Source: Trichoplax sp. H2 (lineage: Eukaryota). From it: a DNA stretch of 64,000 nt. The stretch covers positions 62,001-126,000 of the forward strand of contig NOWV01000024.1 in NCBI GenBank assembly GCA_003344405.1. The letters are read 5' to 3'. Position 1 is the first letter of the stretch; every line of letters starts with the position of its first letter. Under the pieces are notes generated by a model that was not told where the DNA came from, did no database searches, and worked only from the letters and a program-made list of their open reading frames with translations. A program made the position numbers and the translations under genes. Shown here piece after piece: positions 19,957-33,129 of the stretch.

Positions 19957-22900
19957 ATGGCGTCGTCAATTAATTCCAGTGGCCATTACCGTTGTCGATT
20001 ATTTGTTGGCAATTTGGCCGATTGCGATGAAAATGAAGTCCGCCAACTATTTCAGCAATACGGTCAAGTCCTTGAATGTTCAGCAAGCAAGGAAAAGAGT
20101 TATGCCTTTGTTAAAATGGTAAGGTCGATCAATTGAGTTGCATTTTTTTTTCTTGGATGAATTGACGCTATTTTCGACTTGTACTACTCAATCACCAATC
20201 ATGATAGCATACTGTCCCTGTTGAAAACGTGGACCGATAGGTTTCTACCTTGCATGAAAACCTCCTCACAAAACGACTATCCATTCTTTGTCTTTTTGCT
20301 ATTTTGAAAAAGTCGATTAAGTTAAATGGATGTTCAATTAGAATAGAAGGAACAAAATTAAATTGAAAACGATTTGATAGTCTAGTCATACCGAGTACTG
20401 CACCCTATCGGTATCCGTCAACCGCCTTGCTGACGCCATTGAAACCATTTGCCATCTTGGCCAGTCCTGCAGCATGGCTTGAAAAATTCCCTAACCTAGC
20501 ATGGGTAGTTGTTCCTTTTCACCCGTCTAAGACAGTTTTCTTACAAATGGCTTTCTCATAGCGATAAATCTTGTTAACAACGTATGATTGTGGGAAAATT
20601 GATGAATTGGATCATGATACAGTAGGGTCTACCTGTATATCTAGGTTTGAACGACGAAAACAAATTTTCGCCAGTCTGTGACCCTTCTTTGTAGCCCTGC
20701 ACAAAGAAGACGATTTTCCATCTTGCTTAATGCACGATATACTTTTCAGTAGCATGTAGAGTACGCTATGATTGAATAGCGGCTTTGTATACGTTCATCG
20801 TTATCCACACTAACCATTAATCTAGATAATAACGCATGATTGGTTGAAAAATCGATTAACCTGGTCATGACTCTACCATAGAGTGTTCTGTATGGACAAC
20901 GTTCAACCGTACAGTGCACGACACTAATATAGGCAACTTTGCTGAATCGATTCGAAATAGAATGTAGAATAATAGCAATCTTCAAATGATTCATGCTAGA
21001 ATGAATAAGAAATATGTGATTCGCTTCGTTCTTCTCATTGATATTATATTCCAAAAGGACACTACTGAAAACGCTAACCGTGCTAAACTTGAATTGGACG
21101 GTAAAAAAGTGAAAAATCGACTTCTTCGTGTCCGCTTTGCTTCATCCAATTCAACGATTGTTGTCAGCAATTTAAATCAATACGTTACCAATGAACTATT
21201 ACGACAAGGTTTTGAAAAATTTGGTAAAATCCATCGAGCCGTCGTTATTGTCGATATGCGTGGAAAGTCGTCAGGTCGCGGTCTAGTCGAATTTTCACAT
21301 AAAAAAGAATCCATGGCTGCTATTAAAGAATGTACAGAAAATGCCCTATTACTCACTAGGTACGTCAAGATAATATAGTAATCTTTACTATTACAGTGGA
21401 ACCTTGATAACCATCAATTAGGAGGTATCACTGAACATCTATATTTAACGAACACGTGGATAATTTGCATAAAATATTTTGAAACATTCTAATACACCTA
21501 GATGGCCGCAATATCAATTTAAAGGATGCATCTTTTTTTCTTAAAAAACGTAGATCTATGAGGCCTGTAACTGTAAGAAGCCTCGAGGCTGAAGACGATG
21601 AAGATGGATTACCAGAAAGAGTCGTTCGCAATAATGCTGCTTATCAAAAGTAAGGCTGTGATAGCGGAATTAATCGACCATTACAATTCATAATTAACCA
21701 ATTTCGATGGATAATAGGGAATGGAGTGTTTCACCTAGAATTGTAAAGCGTAATTCTCGAGAGTGGGAATTTATACAACGATGGAAGGATTTAGATAAAG
21801 ATATTAAAGAACAAAGACAAGCTGTCGATACTAAAATGAAAACGATGGAACAACAACTTGAGCAAGAAATCGATGAAATTCTAGCGAAAGAAAGTTATGA
21901 ACTTCAACAACAACAAAAATTACGAGAAGAACAATTACAGCAACAAATGCAACAACGCTTCGGTAACGATCGTATATGTCATTCTCTTAGAAAGACAATT
22001 GTGCCACCAATCTAATTAGAAGTAAGTTATATATTAATACTCGGCAATATTATAATTTATTAGTTCCTCCTCATCCGGGCATGCGTATGGGCCATCCTCC
22101 AGAAATGCCTCTCATGCCCAAACCAGATATGTACCACGGTGGCGGATCGCCAATAATGAGAGGACGAGTTCCACCGGCAAGGTTTGCTTGAATAATGTCA
22201 TTATTCTTACTTGGATCAAAATACGTTATTTCAATCATCAAGTGATTCGAGTGAAATCAATATGTGTAAAATTGTTTCTTATTAGAATGCCTTTTAGAAG
22301 TGAACATGAGGAAATGCCTAATCAGCCAATGATGGTAAGACCTTTATTACTGTACCCGTACGGATAAGTTGATTTCTTAGTATATCTCATAAGTTCTACG
22401 TTATAACTAAAATGGCTGTTAATTGCTCTCAGGATAATCCAAGGCCTCGGTATCGAATGGCTGGACCAGACCCTTATTATGTATGATAATGACATCAACA
22501 TACAAATCGTATTTATCATCATCATTAGTTTTAACTCGATAAATAATCTGCTATTAAAAAAGACGCATCGATCAATCTTGACTGTACTAGATTTTCGTTT
22601 ATTAAGCTCTGATTTAATTGATAGGCTGATATGTGGAATAGTGGAGCCCCTATGATGGATCAGAGGGTTCCTCCCCATCCTTATCCTGATCACCAGCAGG
22701 TATGACATAATGTCAAGCATTATTACGTCAAAAACTTAATGACAATTGACTGATCCATATTACAGCTATAAAAACAACTGGAGACTAGGTGATTCTTGTC
22801 ACTTCAACTATGAACATTTTATTTCGTTTGTGAGTTGAAGGAGTTAACCTCCGCAACTATCGAGCTTACAGAAATTTTATAACTTGCAAAAGTTTAAAAC

Positions 22901-23901
22901 TTATATCAGTACATTTAGACAATCGGATTATAGTTTACCTTTTTACTTTTGCTAAAGATTGTAACGTATACTCTCGGAAGTAGATATTAAATCTATTTTA
23001 ATGTATACAGTCTTATCGTTATAATAATATACGGTAGCATTTGAAGTAGAAATTAACGTAAAAAGGCTTAGCATGATTCTAGTCCAAGATAGAATGAAAT
23101 AGTTTGTTAATAAATATACCGTATACCGTATGGTGTGGCATCAATTCTAGCAATAAGTTTCCATGTACCATATATAACGTCATTACGACTACTTTGACAT
23201 GCATATGTATTGTTATCAATCCCATTTTTTATCAGAATGGCGTAAACGTAGAGGTAGTACAGTGTTTGCTGAGTTTGTTGTTATTATTATTTTGTAAATT
23301 AATAGCTATAGATTTGATGCTAATATAGGTACTCGAATCAATTGAAAGATAACAGCAAATAATCTATAAATTAGTCAGTTTTAATTTCGCACGTTCGTAG
23401 GAAATTGCTGTTTAGAGATTGATTATACTTATAGTCATTAGTATACTATACTTGTCCTTTATATTTAATTCGAAAAATATGAACGCTAAGTAATGCACTG
23501 AAACACACTTTTGAAAACGAGATATTTTTTATCATGTCAACGTTGATCATGGCTCACTTTTTCGTGCTTTTCTTTTGTACTAATTATATTGATACAGGTA
23601 TATCTGTATGTATATACTGTATATATGTGTACATAATTAATTATACAGATACATATCTTGGTGATTCTAACATGTAATATGTTCATTTTTTATTCTGGAC
23701 TTTAAATTGTATGAATAACTATTACGTTTACTGTAGAACATAGTAGGCAGTCGACAATCATCACGAGATAATACTCCAAGAGATGACAGGAAAAGAGAGG
23801 CTTCGGGCTTTAGTAAGGGTCCTGCAGCTAATGCGTATGACTATTATCCTAACAACGAACACGATCCAATGTTTAATCCAAAACGATTCCGCAGAATGTG
23901 A
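19957..23901 (+). CDS. NONO: DBHS-family RNA-binding protein (NONO/SFPQ/PSPC1 co-ortholog, nonA-like)
   Basis: Exons 19957-20118 (RCRLFVGNL, RRM1), 21058-21359 (LRVRFA..VSNLNQYVTNELLRQGFEKFGKIHRAVVIVDMRGKSSGRGLVEF, RRM2), 21554-21649 (RPVTV..DDEDGLPE, NOPS), 21718-21962 (coiled coil), 22064-22181, 22286-22334, 22433-22480, 22625-22699 (Pro/Met-rich) and 23737-23901 ending in NLS-like PKRFRRM*. Confidence 0.93.
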
Positions 23902-26900
23902 TTTTAATTGTTAATGCAAGTCAATAAGCATTTGCTATTATATTAAAGTAACTAGAAAAGTACCGTATTACTTAATATACTATTGATATATTGAATTAGC
24001 ATCTATATTATTATTAACTAATGTGAAATAGTAATATGAGACCTTTAGCTTTTAACAATAAGAAACGATCTGCTTATCTGCACATTTTAAGCGGAATCGA
24101 AGACGTTTTGAAGACTGTCATATAAGTATTATTAATAATTAATGGTTCCCTCTAGATATCCGCTTCTGTTTATCTGTGCGTGTTATAGTTCTCATTTCGA
24201 CAGATTTACTCGGATAGTTACGTGGATATTAACACTTTTAAAAAACAAAACATTTCTTATCATAAAAATTGCTATTTTACTTCCTATCGTGTACTTAAAG
24301 TAAAATTACACGCAGTGTTCAGTAAGTCAACATGCAATCATTATTTTAATTAGGAATAGAATTCTTAATTTGTTCACATTCGTATATAATAATAATAATA
24401 ATATTAATGATAAAAAACATTCCTTCTAAATTGTTGAAAAAGTAAACTGACTTTAACCTATTGATCGCGTTTTACATCGCAACCGCAATTCTTAGCGAGA
24501 ATAGGTCATATTAAACGTTAATGTTTGTTGAGAAGTAGCTACAGATTAATTTTAATCCATTGATTAATGACTGTTGCGGCAGTCTTGGCTAAAGTAAAAC
24601 TTCATGTAAATGTTACTAGATATGTAATTGTTAACTATTAAAAAAAGTACGTGTTGAAGAAGTTGCTGATGACATTGTTATTGGGGAGCTGCATTACGTT
24701 TAATTCTATCTACTTAGAATTAAACAACTAATACAGTTAAACCTTGCCTAAGTGAACGAAACCGTGTGTAAGTAACTTTCATAACATATGGACAACATAC
24801 TAATTAGAAAGTTTAATTAAAAGAGTGAAGACATTAAAAATTTTAAAATACTTGAATCCAACATTTGCATCATCTCTTATTGTCACATGTAAAAATGATA
24901 ATGTAATTTGAATGTGTGCTAGAGAAGTGTTCGCCAATGATGCTAAATGGTAGTCCTAGGAAATATTATTATAACTTTTATTCTGTTAGTTGTGTTAATT
25001 TGCACCTGTCCTAATTAAAATGCGTATTGCTCGTAAAACACGGCAAGGCAAAAGTTGTCTGAAATTTTATGGCATAAGTGTATGCTAAAATGATCATTAA
25101 TTAAACATATATAATAGATGTGAGACAGAATACGTTATCAAGTAATATCGCTATTTGAGTTAACAACTAAATAAAATTATAGTAAAAGAATTATATGATA
25201 TGGACAATAATAGTATGAATGATAAACCAATTGCAATGATACATTTTGTCACACATCAATAATATTGTAAATTGCTATTCGTAACTCTCATTATACTTGT
25301 ACGGTTATTGCACTGAGAGCATTGACAGACACGTTCGTTGCATAACTCAAGAGCGTGATATAGATATTACTATAGTAGTAAGGATTGTATGATCAGCAAC
25401 CTTTGCAAGCATGCTAAACGTGCAACATTTTGTATAATAGTGGGATTTTTAATCACTCCTTTCAACTGGGCATTATCTCATTTAGATCGTTTTTATTATA
25501 GGTATACTAACAATATAACATTGTCTGTTAGCCCTTGCTACCTGATGGATTAAAAGTGATGTGAGTTTTTACCTCTGCCCAGAGAATGGCTATGTTAATA
25601 TAAACACTGGTTTTAGTATTGTGATGAAATACTTTTAAAAGAAGTTGGAATTACCGGATGATGCTAATTCGCTGCATATGCTTAGAACCTCTTATTCTGA
25701 TTTAATCAGTGTTGAAGCTTGATTTGTGTTAGCAATATTACCATTACAGAAAGTAATATAATTATGTTTATCCTTTTTGATGTTTAGGTGTATAATTTTA
25801 GTTGGTTGCAGGTAATGATTACTCTCAATACTCAATATACTTTTGGAAAGGGACTTGTATGTTGAAGGTAAGCTTTTACTATCATTTGAAGAAATACAAA
25901 TGACTGAAGGTATATTGTGATGATCTCATTGTATCATGACGGTAATATCTGTAGTAGATCCAGAACATGGATGAACCCACTATTACGATATTACTGGAAA
26001 TGATAAAAGTCTGCAGTAATGCTGTCTGAATGCCCAATCTTAAATTGTATGAAGACATTTACTGTTATGACTGCTTATAATGACATAATTTTTTAATTTT
26101 ACTAATTAGGCAATGGTTAAGGACTGCGCCTGTCTAGTTCGCAAATGACGATTCTAATGATAGAGCTTTACCTGCATTCCCGATAAAAGCATTATTCATA
26201 GCAATGGTCGGCCTTCAACATCTGGATAATATAATAATGTTATCACCAATTACCATTTCTGGGACACGTATTATTTAGGAGATGTACATAATTATTGATT
26301 GCCAATCAGTATTATATGTTAAATGTTTATTTGTACTGTATGTACATTACCACACCTTTACAGAATTCTTGTACAAATATTGAATACTTTTTGAGTTTCT
26401 ATGATGTGATTGCGTTATAACATACTTCTTACATTGACTTTAAAAATAAAGCCCTTGTTATCAAAATTTTTTTCTTCTTGCTTAAATTGCAACACTTGTA
26501 ATAATTTTCAAAAGCTGAAACCGAGAAGGCACTATTTATTTTACTTTTATTGTCCTGTTTACGACGTTCTTTACAAGCTAGTAGTTACGATGCAGCCCGC
26601 AAGTAGATTTGTGATCTAGCTTGATACTGCAGAATTATTGCAAGGCTATCGTCATAATTGATCAGTACATTAATATTTTACAATTTGGGAAAGTATTTCA
26701 CCATTTTGATTGTAGAAAACTTAAGAATTGAGTGTCACATATCAAAACATCAGTTATAGTGCTGTGTGAACACTTCACCTATAACGCATTTGCTGTTTGC
26801 GGAGAGAAAGAAGGAAATTTCGGAAAAAGTAGCGTAATTGTAGGACTGCAGTATCATCACGATTTTTCATAATTTGAAGATAACTTTAAGTTGCTAAAAG

Positions 26901-27009
26901 TATCGTATGTTTTGACATCGAAAAATTGAATAGCAATGCAATACTGTTCATAATTCATGGAAAATTTGAAGAATATGAATACTTGAAAATGAGGTTAGTG
27001 GTATCTTTA

Positions 27010-27422
27010 TCAGTAATTCACAGAAAACTGATGCAATCTAATAGCTTTCTCGTGAAGTTTGCGTCTATACTGAGAATAGAGGATATATACGATCGGTTGG
27101 AACAATTTTAAAATCATTAGTAAATATAATAAGCAATGTAATGTTATTGTATTGACTAGAAAAAATACAAATATAAAATCTACTATAGTGTTTACAGCAG
27201 ATAAAATTATTGAAGGATGCAAGTCAACAGATTACGCATTGATAGCACCGTAGCTTTTGTTTATAGTATTAAATATCAGCATTGTTGCTACTGAGTGCGT
27301 GATCGATAGTATATTAAGCACTATTGTTACCATAGGAATAAGAAATAATCGTAATAGCGCTAATGGTTTGAAAGAAGTTAATATACTCGTAATATTAACG
27401 ATGATGATGCAGGTGGATTGTA
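27010..27422 (-). pseudogene. Possible decayed multi-pass membrane protein fragment (rhodopsin-like GPCR TM5-TM7?)
   Basis: One frame of about 137 codons with a single internal stop: ...LRLFLIPMVTIVLN...*...LMILKLFQPIVYILYSQYRRKL. FLIP and QPIVY resemble TM5 FxxP and TM7 NPxxY at plausible spacing. The AT-rich background inflates hydrophobic translations. Confidence 0.25.
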
Positions 27423-30344
27423 ATCTCTCGTTTTAGGACAATTAATATTGCATATCACGAAACTAGATAAGGTTATTATTCAATATTACAGAATAATTTA
27501 ATAATAAATATTTTAGTTAAAAAAAATATAAGAAAATGATTTATTTTTTAGCCTTTGTAAAATAGTAGTACAGGTGTGAATTCAACGATATTTATTAATT
27601 AATTGATATGGATTGTAAATATTGAGAGATTGATATTTGCAACAATATTGAAAATAGCTAACTTTAAATACACCCCATATGAATATTTTTGCAAGATGGC
27701 GCCCTAAGGTTATCGAATTATATAAGTCATTTACATACGAGTATAACATACGATTACTATTTACAGAATTTTCTGGTAGATTTTCAGACTTGGATATAAT
27801 GAAATTTTTATTCCAGAATATATCGTACGCCATAGTTGATAAGCTTTATCGCAGTAATTAATTTAGATAGTTTACAACTATCTAACTAGTGAAATATCCC
27901 AGTCAGTAAACAAGTATGCGAAATATCGCGAACAGTAGATTCTATTAGAAAATATTGATAAAACAAACTTTTAACATGCCTGTTTAATTATCATTCATAA
28001 TTACCTTTGGTTGCCTAAACATATAAAATATTTAACAACAAAAGGTGGACCGTTTTTTTATTTTTAAATCGTTACTGTTTATGTAGAATAAATGTTCATG
28101 CCAAGCAATCTTAGCATTATCAAATATCAGCATACAATAGCAGTTATACTTGGTTAGTATTATTCAACTGGGATTCCCGTATAAGCAATTACATTGTTGC
28201 CTTGCACGATATTGTTACAAGCATCATTTTTCTAGACTACAGTAAATTTCCATTAGCGGCATAAAATTTGTGGACTGTAATAACATTCTATAAATGTCAA
28301 TAGCAACGACAACAAAAGCGGATGTTTAATATTTAGAACTACAATTTTGTTCTGCAAATTAAATTAACAAAAACTGTAGAATATTTAGTCATGAAAAGTA
28401 TTTATCATTCGTGCTTTTTGTATCTTTATAAAAATACTTATACTATAGGAAATGAATTAATCCTTATATCAAACAATATCCTTAGCGTAACGGTCAGTGC
28501 AGATAGGAGGCAGAAAGTTATAGGTAATTGCTGATACGTATCTCTTATAATTGCTTACATACAATTTCAAAAAATTTTCTTGCTGTACATCGGCAATAGC
28601 ATTATCCTAAAACTGTTCTTATCGATAAAGAAGTGGATATATAATTTTGGATATATAGGCATCGTTTGTAATTATATTGGCTAAAAGTACATAGAGTATG
28701 GAGCAAAGAACTTGTTTTGAATTTTTTACTACCACCTAATTAATATACGAGCCTCATTACTATAATACGCATTTAGATAAAATTAATTAATCTTGATAGT
28801 AACCAGTGCTACTTTTTTAGACACTCGCAAATAGCCACTTTTTGGAGTGTATGATCATGGAAACATCTGGGGTAACTTACGTACAGCATCAAAATATTTC
28901 GGTTAATGTAAAATTCATATAAATCTATCGGCGTTAACATAGCCTTGTAGTCCTATATTGTCAGGAAACTGTAGTTAAAATCGATAAAGGATTTGACATT
29001 TGCCACAATATCTATACCATAATTAATTAACAGTTAGAATTAGCGCAGCTACATTTGTAGTCTGTTTTGCAATAAATAAAAGTTTCTTTCATTCTCATTC
29101 GTATAAATTTATTATACACGTAACAGAAACTTAAGTAATCATGATGATAACAAAGCTACTGTCTTCAAAATATTGAAAATTACGCTAGAATTTTGGTGAA
29201 ATCATCATAAATATTCTATGTTAATTAATGTTGTCCTAACACCGATGAAGAAATCGCTATTTACCAATATGGGATATATTATTATCAATTTTAATCGATT
29301 TAACTATTCATAAAGAAGGTCTAGCATAGAGCCGCTCTTTTTATTCCTATTTATAGATAGAATATACAATATGCTATACTCAAAATTAGTTAATCTCCTT
29401 TCTAAATGAATTCATTGTCATCAAGTAGCAATCTATGATACGCGAATAAAGTAGTAGTAACATTAAGTAATTCCTAATACAGGAGAAAATAGAAAAGTAT
29501 TGGCATAATGGAAGGACTACACCATGTGCATAGTCTGCATATGAATACCTCATCCTTTCATTACATTCATATCACAAAGTATAATAAAATTTTTTTACTT
29601 CTAGTCATAATCTATTTATTGATATCAAAGATATCCTATCACTATCATCAGTATTGATGAAGAAAATAGATATTTATTAACACTAAATCATTACTATTAG
29701 CGTAACTCAATGTATACTTTCTAAATATAATCGATATAGTCTATATCATGTATACGCAAAATTAATTAAATCTTTATACTTAGTAATTGGCCGTCATTGA
29801 ATATTAGCGTATACCATGATCGAAATCTCAATAGATTTGGATGACAGATTCCGAATTTTCATATATATATCTCTACTATTTTATTCACTATGATATAAAC
29901 GTATCTCAATATTCATCCGTGATACAATTACAGTAGTAGTATGCCTTGAAGTTTATTTCTTTCTTATATGTTTGGTACGTACTTCGTCTACACAATATTA
30001 ATTATCCACCACGTTAAACGATGCTACAATCATTTTGTATTAGTCAGTCATAGGATAGAAACCGTCACAAATTAGCTGAATAGTAGCCAGATTTTATGTA
30101 GCGAATTATATCACTTTCACATGATCTTATTTCCTTCTATGTTACTGTGACTAGGGAAATCATGATAAAATTTTATAGAAGCATAGTCATATATATCTGC
30201 ATCTGGTTTATATCATTGTTCCCATAAAAAGTAGATGCTCGTATTTAATCAATGGTCACGATTCCTTAAGATCGATTTGGCTGTAGGTAAAGAATAACGC
30301 GGGAAAAATGGTTCTCAAAGATCATTCTTATTTTCGCATGCAAA

Positions 30345-30857
30345 AATACTCCGTATATATGCCAAAATTAAATTAACTTTCATATTAATTAAAGTAGTGC
30401 ACACATGCTTTTTTATATAACATAGACATTGTCTCTATCATTCAATAAAATTATATCGTGGGATCGAAATCCCGTAAATTATTACGATACAAGCCAAATA
30501 AGTACGGGTAAATATCATTCCTTCTTATAATATTACCTTGGATTAGCTATCCTTTTACGCTGCAATAAATGATGCAATAAAAATCTCTTTCGAGAATTAT
30601 CCATATTTTTACGTATTGTTAAAATACTTGTTACACGTATATATCAAAATTAAATTAATTTTTATATTAAACTGGTGTATCAAAACATTTTATGTAATAT
30701 AGATATTGTCCCTATCATTTTTAATACCAGTATATCGTAAGATAGAAGTGCCATAAATTATTACACTACCGGCTAAATTTGTAAGGGTCAATATCATTCC
30801 TTTATATGATATCACCTTAAATTAGTTATCCTTCGATAATGCAATAAATGATGGAAA
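30345..30857. repeat. Diverged tandem duplication, about 285-bp unit x2
   Basis: Colinear anchors CGTATATAT..CAAAATTAAATTAA (about 30352 / 30637), ATTGTC.CTATCATT, TAAATTATTAC, AATATCATTCCTT and TGCAATAAATGATG. Confidence 0.85.
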
Positions 30858-33129
30858 TCATCATGAAATTCTCTTTGTACGCAGCTATATCCATGGATAT
30901 CCAATACATCATAACCTTTATACTATAAACGGGTTACTAAATCATGACCAAATTTTTCTTAACAAACAGTTATATTTATGGATATCTAATTTATGTTATC
31001 ATTGTCATCAACATCAGCTAAGAAATAGATATTAAACATAGGATCGCTATTCTGTATAATTCATCTGATATTATTAATAGAGTCCTGAGGAATAATAATT
31101 CCTTTCAGTCGCTTCTATTTACTCTTGTCCCTATATGTTACAATGAATACTTTGAACAGATATAAAATTAACTAGTCTAGATATTAAACAATGTTATCAT
31201 TCTGAATATAATACACTACGACGTAGAATGCAAATTGACAAAGGCAATTATCTTTGCATAATATCGATCCTGATAGTTCATCCTTCCATACTATAATTAG
31301 TTCAACGCTACTTAACAAGAGAATTTATCATTATACCTATCTGGTAATATCAATATTTATCCGTATTTTGTCGTTCACATAGATAAAGAAATGGATACTG
31401 AATACAGGATAGACTGTTATTATTTACAATTGGCTTGATGCAACGGCTAGAGTAGCTAGCATAGGAAAATATCTTTTTATCTTTTGTGTACGTACTGCAT
31501 ATAGAATTAATTAGTCCTCATATTGAGTAATTTCATTATCGTTCAACATCGATCGATACTATGATAGAAATGAAGGTAAATAAACATTTTCTGAGCCGTG
31601 AACTACTATACTAGATCGACTTAGTGGACCACCTAGTAGTCCATGTCTAAGTATGATGGAGATGGACAGCTAAAGGCATAAAAATTTAAGTTAAGCGATT
31701 TATGATAGGCATTTCATTCTCTTCTATCCAAGTTTGCGGGATAGAATACCCTGTAATTGTTTATATCGGCAACAATGTCCATTATATTGACGAAAATAGA
31801 GAGTATTTATAAAAGACTGAAAGTAGTAATCGTCATTAAAATAGGATATTAATCATTTAATTGTTATTTATGACTGGATAGAATGTCCACAGTTTACGCC
31901 CTCAATTCCCTCATTCTATTGATCCACTTTTTTTCGTTGATTGAGATTTAATATTAGCTATACCAAGATGGCTGATTTAGCATTGTATTCTAGCTATTTG
32001 GGTTAGAAATAGCCTTGATTTTGTGCAAAAAACGTCCAATAAATTCTATCGTCTATTATCATCGAGAAAGGATAGTATTTATTTTTCGCTTCCATTGATC
32101 ATCCTCTCTATTAGAATACTTTACGTAAGCTTGATGAACGATAGAGAAGGCCAAGAAAGAAGCTAATAGACCAGCCTATCAAGTATACAGGTGCTAAAAA
32201 ACAATACTAGCCCTCTATCATGACAAAGAAATTCTAATACTCCATTTAGGCCATAAATAAAGATGGACCAGTTATCAATGGAAATCAATAACAATCAATA
32301 ATTCAACTTCAATCAAAGGTGAAATGAACCAAAAACAATTCGGATGATGGAGGAAAATGCAATCCATCTATTGTTGCAATCATAGATAGCTCTTTATTCC
32401 CATTGCATAGACATAGTTAATCACGATTAATGAGTTTAATAACTGTAACTATATAATCGAATATGCAGAAAGTGAGAGAAAGAAAAGAGAAGAGAGAGAA
32501 AAAAAAGAAAATATAAAGATTCTGATCATTGTACTCTTTCAAAACAAAAGTACATCTCCTACTAGTAATTTTGTTGTCGAGATTGTTCAAAAATAGTGGT
32601 AACATCGTCATCATTAAGTTATTTTTTCAGATCCTATTTGTCTGCCGGTATGATTCTTGCCTAGCTTAGTGATTTGGAAGCAAGCTCTACCTCGATAGAA
32701 TAAAGAAAACGACGTTACAAGATTAAGGTGAAGAGTTATTATTTTTTGTAATAAGATGGTAGATTGAGAAAATTATAACATGATCATTCGATTTTGGATT
32801 AAAGTGGTGGGTAAGATAGTTGGAGGATTGTGATCTTGGATTGAGAATTCTACTGTTTTATTGCTACTCTTACTTTGCAATATGGGTAGGCGTTTCTTCT
32901 TCTATCCATTATCACTATTGTGCTGATTTACAACACCATTTATATCCACTATCTTACACCTTTGTATCTTTGCCTGTAAGAAGAAGAAACACTTTTTTCT
33001 TATCCATTTATCTTGGTTAAATATTCACCTCTATGAGGATACGATTACATGATTGTAAAATATTAATATTCTACAACCTTGTAGTAACGTTGTCAAGAGT
33101 AGTGAATCAACGCCATGACTTTTAAATAC

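Noticed and set aside
19904..20122. 72-aa ORF from the track
   Set aside because: It is in the wrong frame. The real exon starts at ATG 19957 and encodes RRM1.
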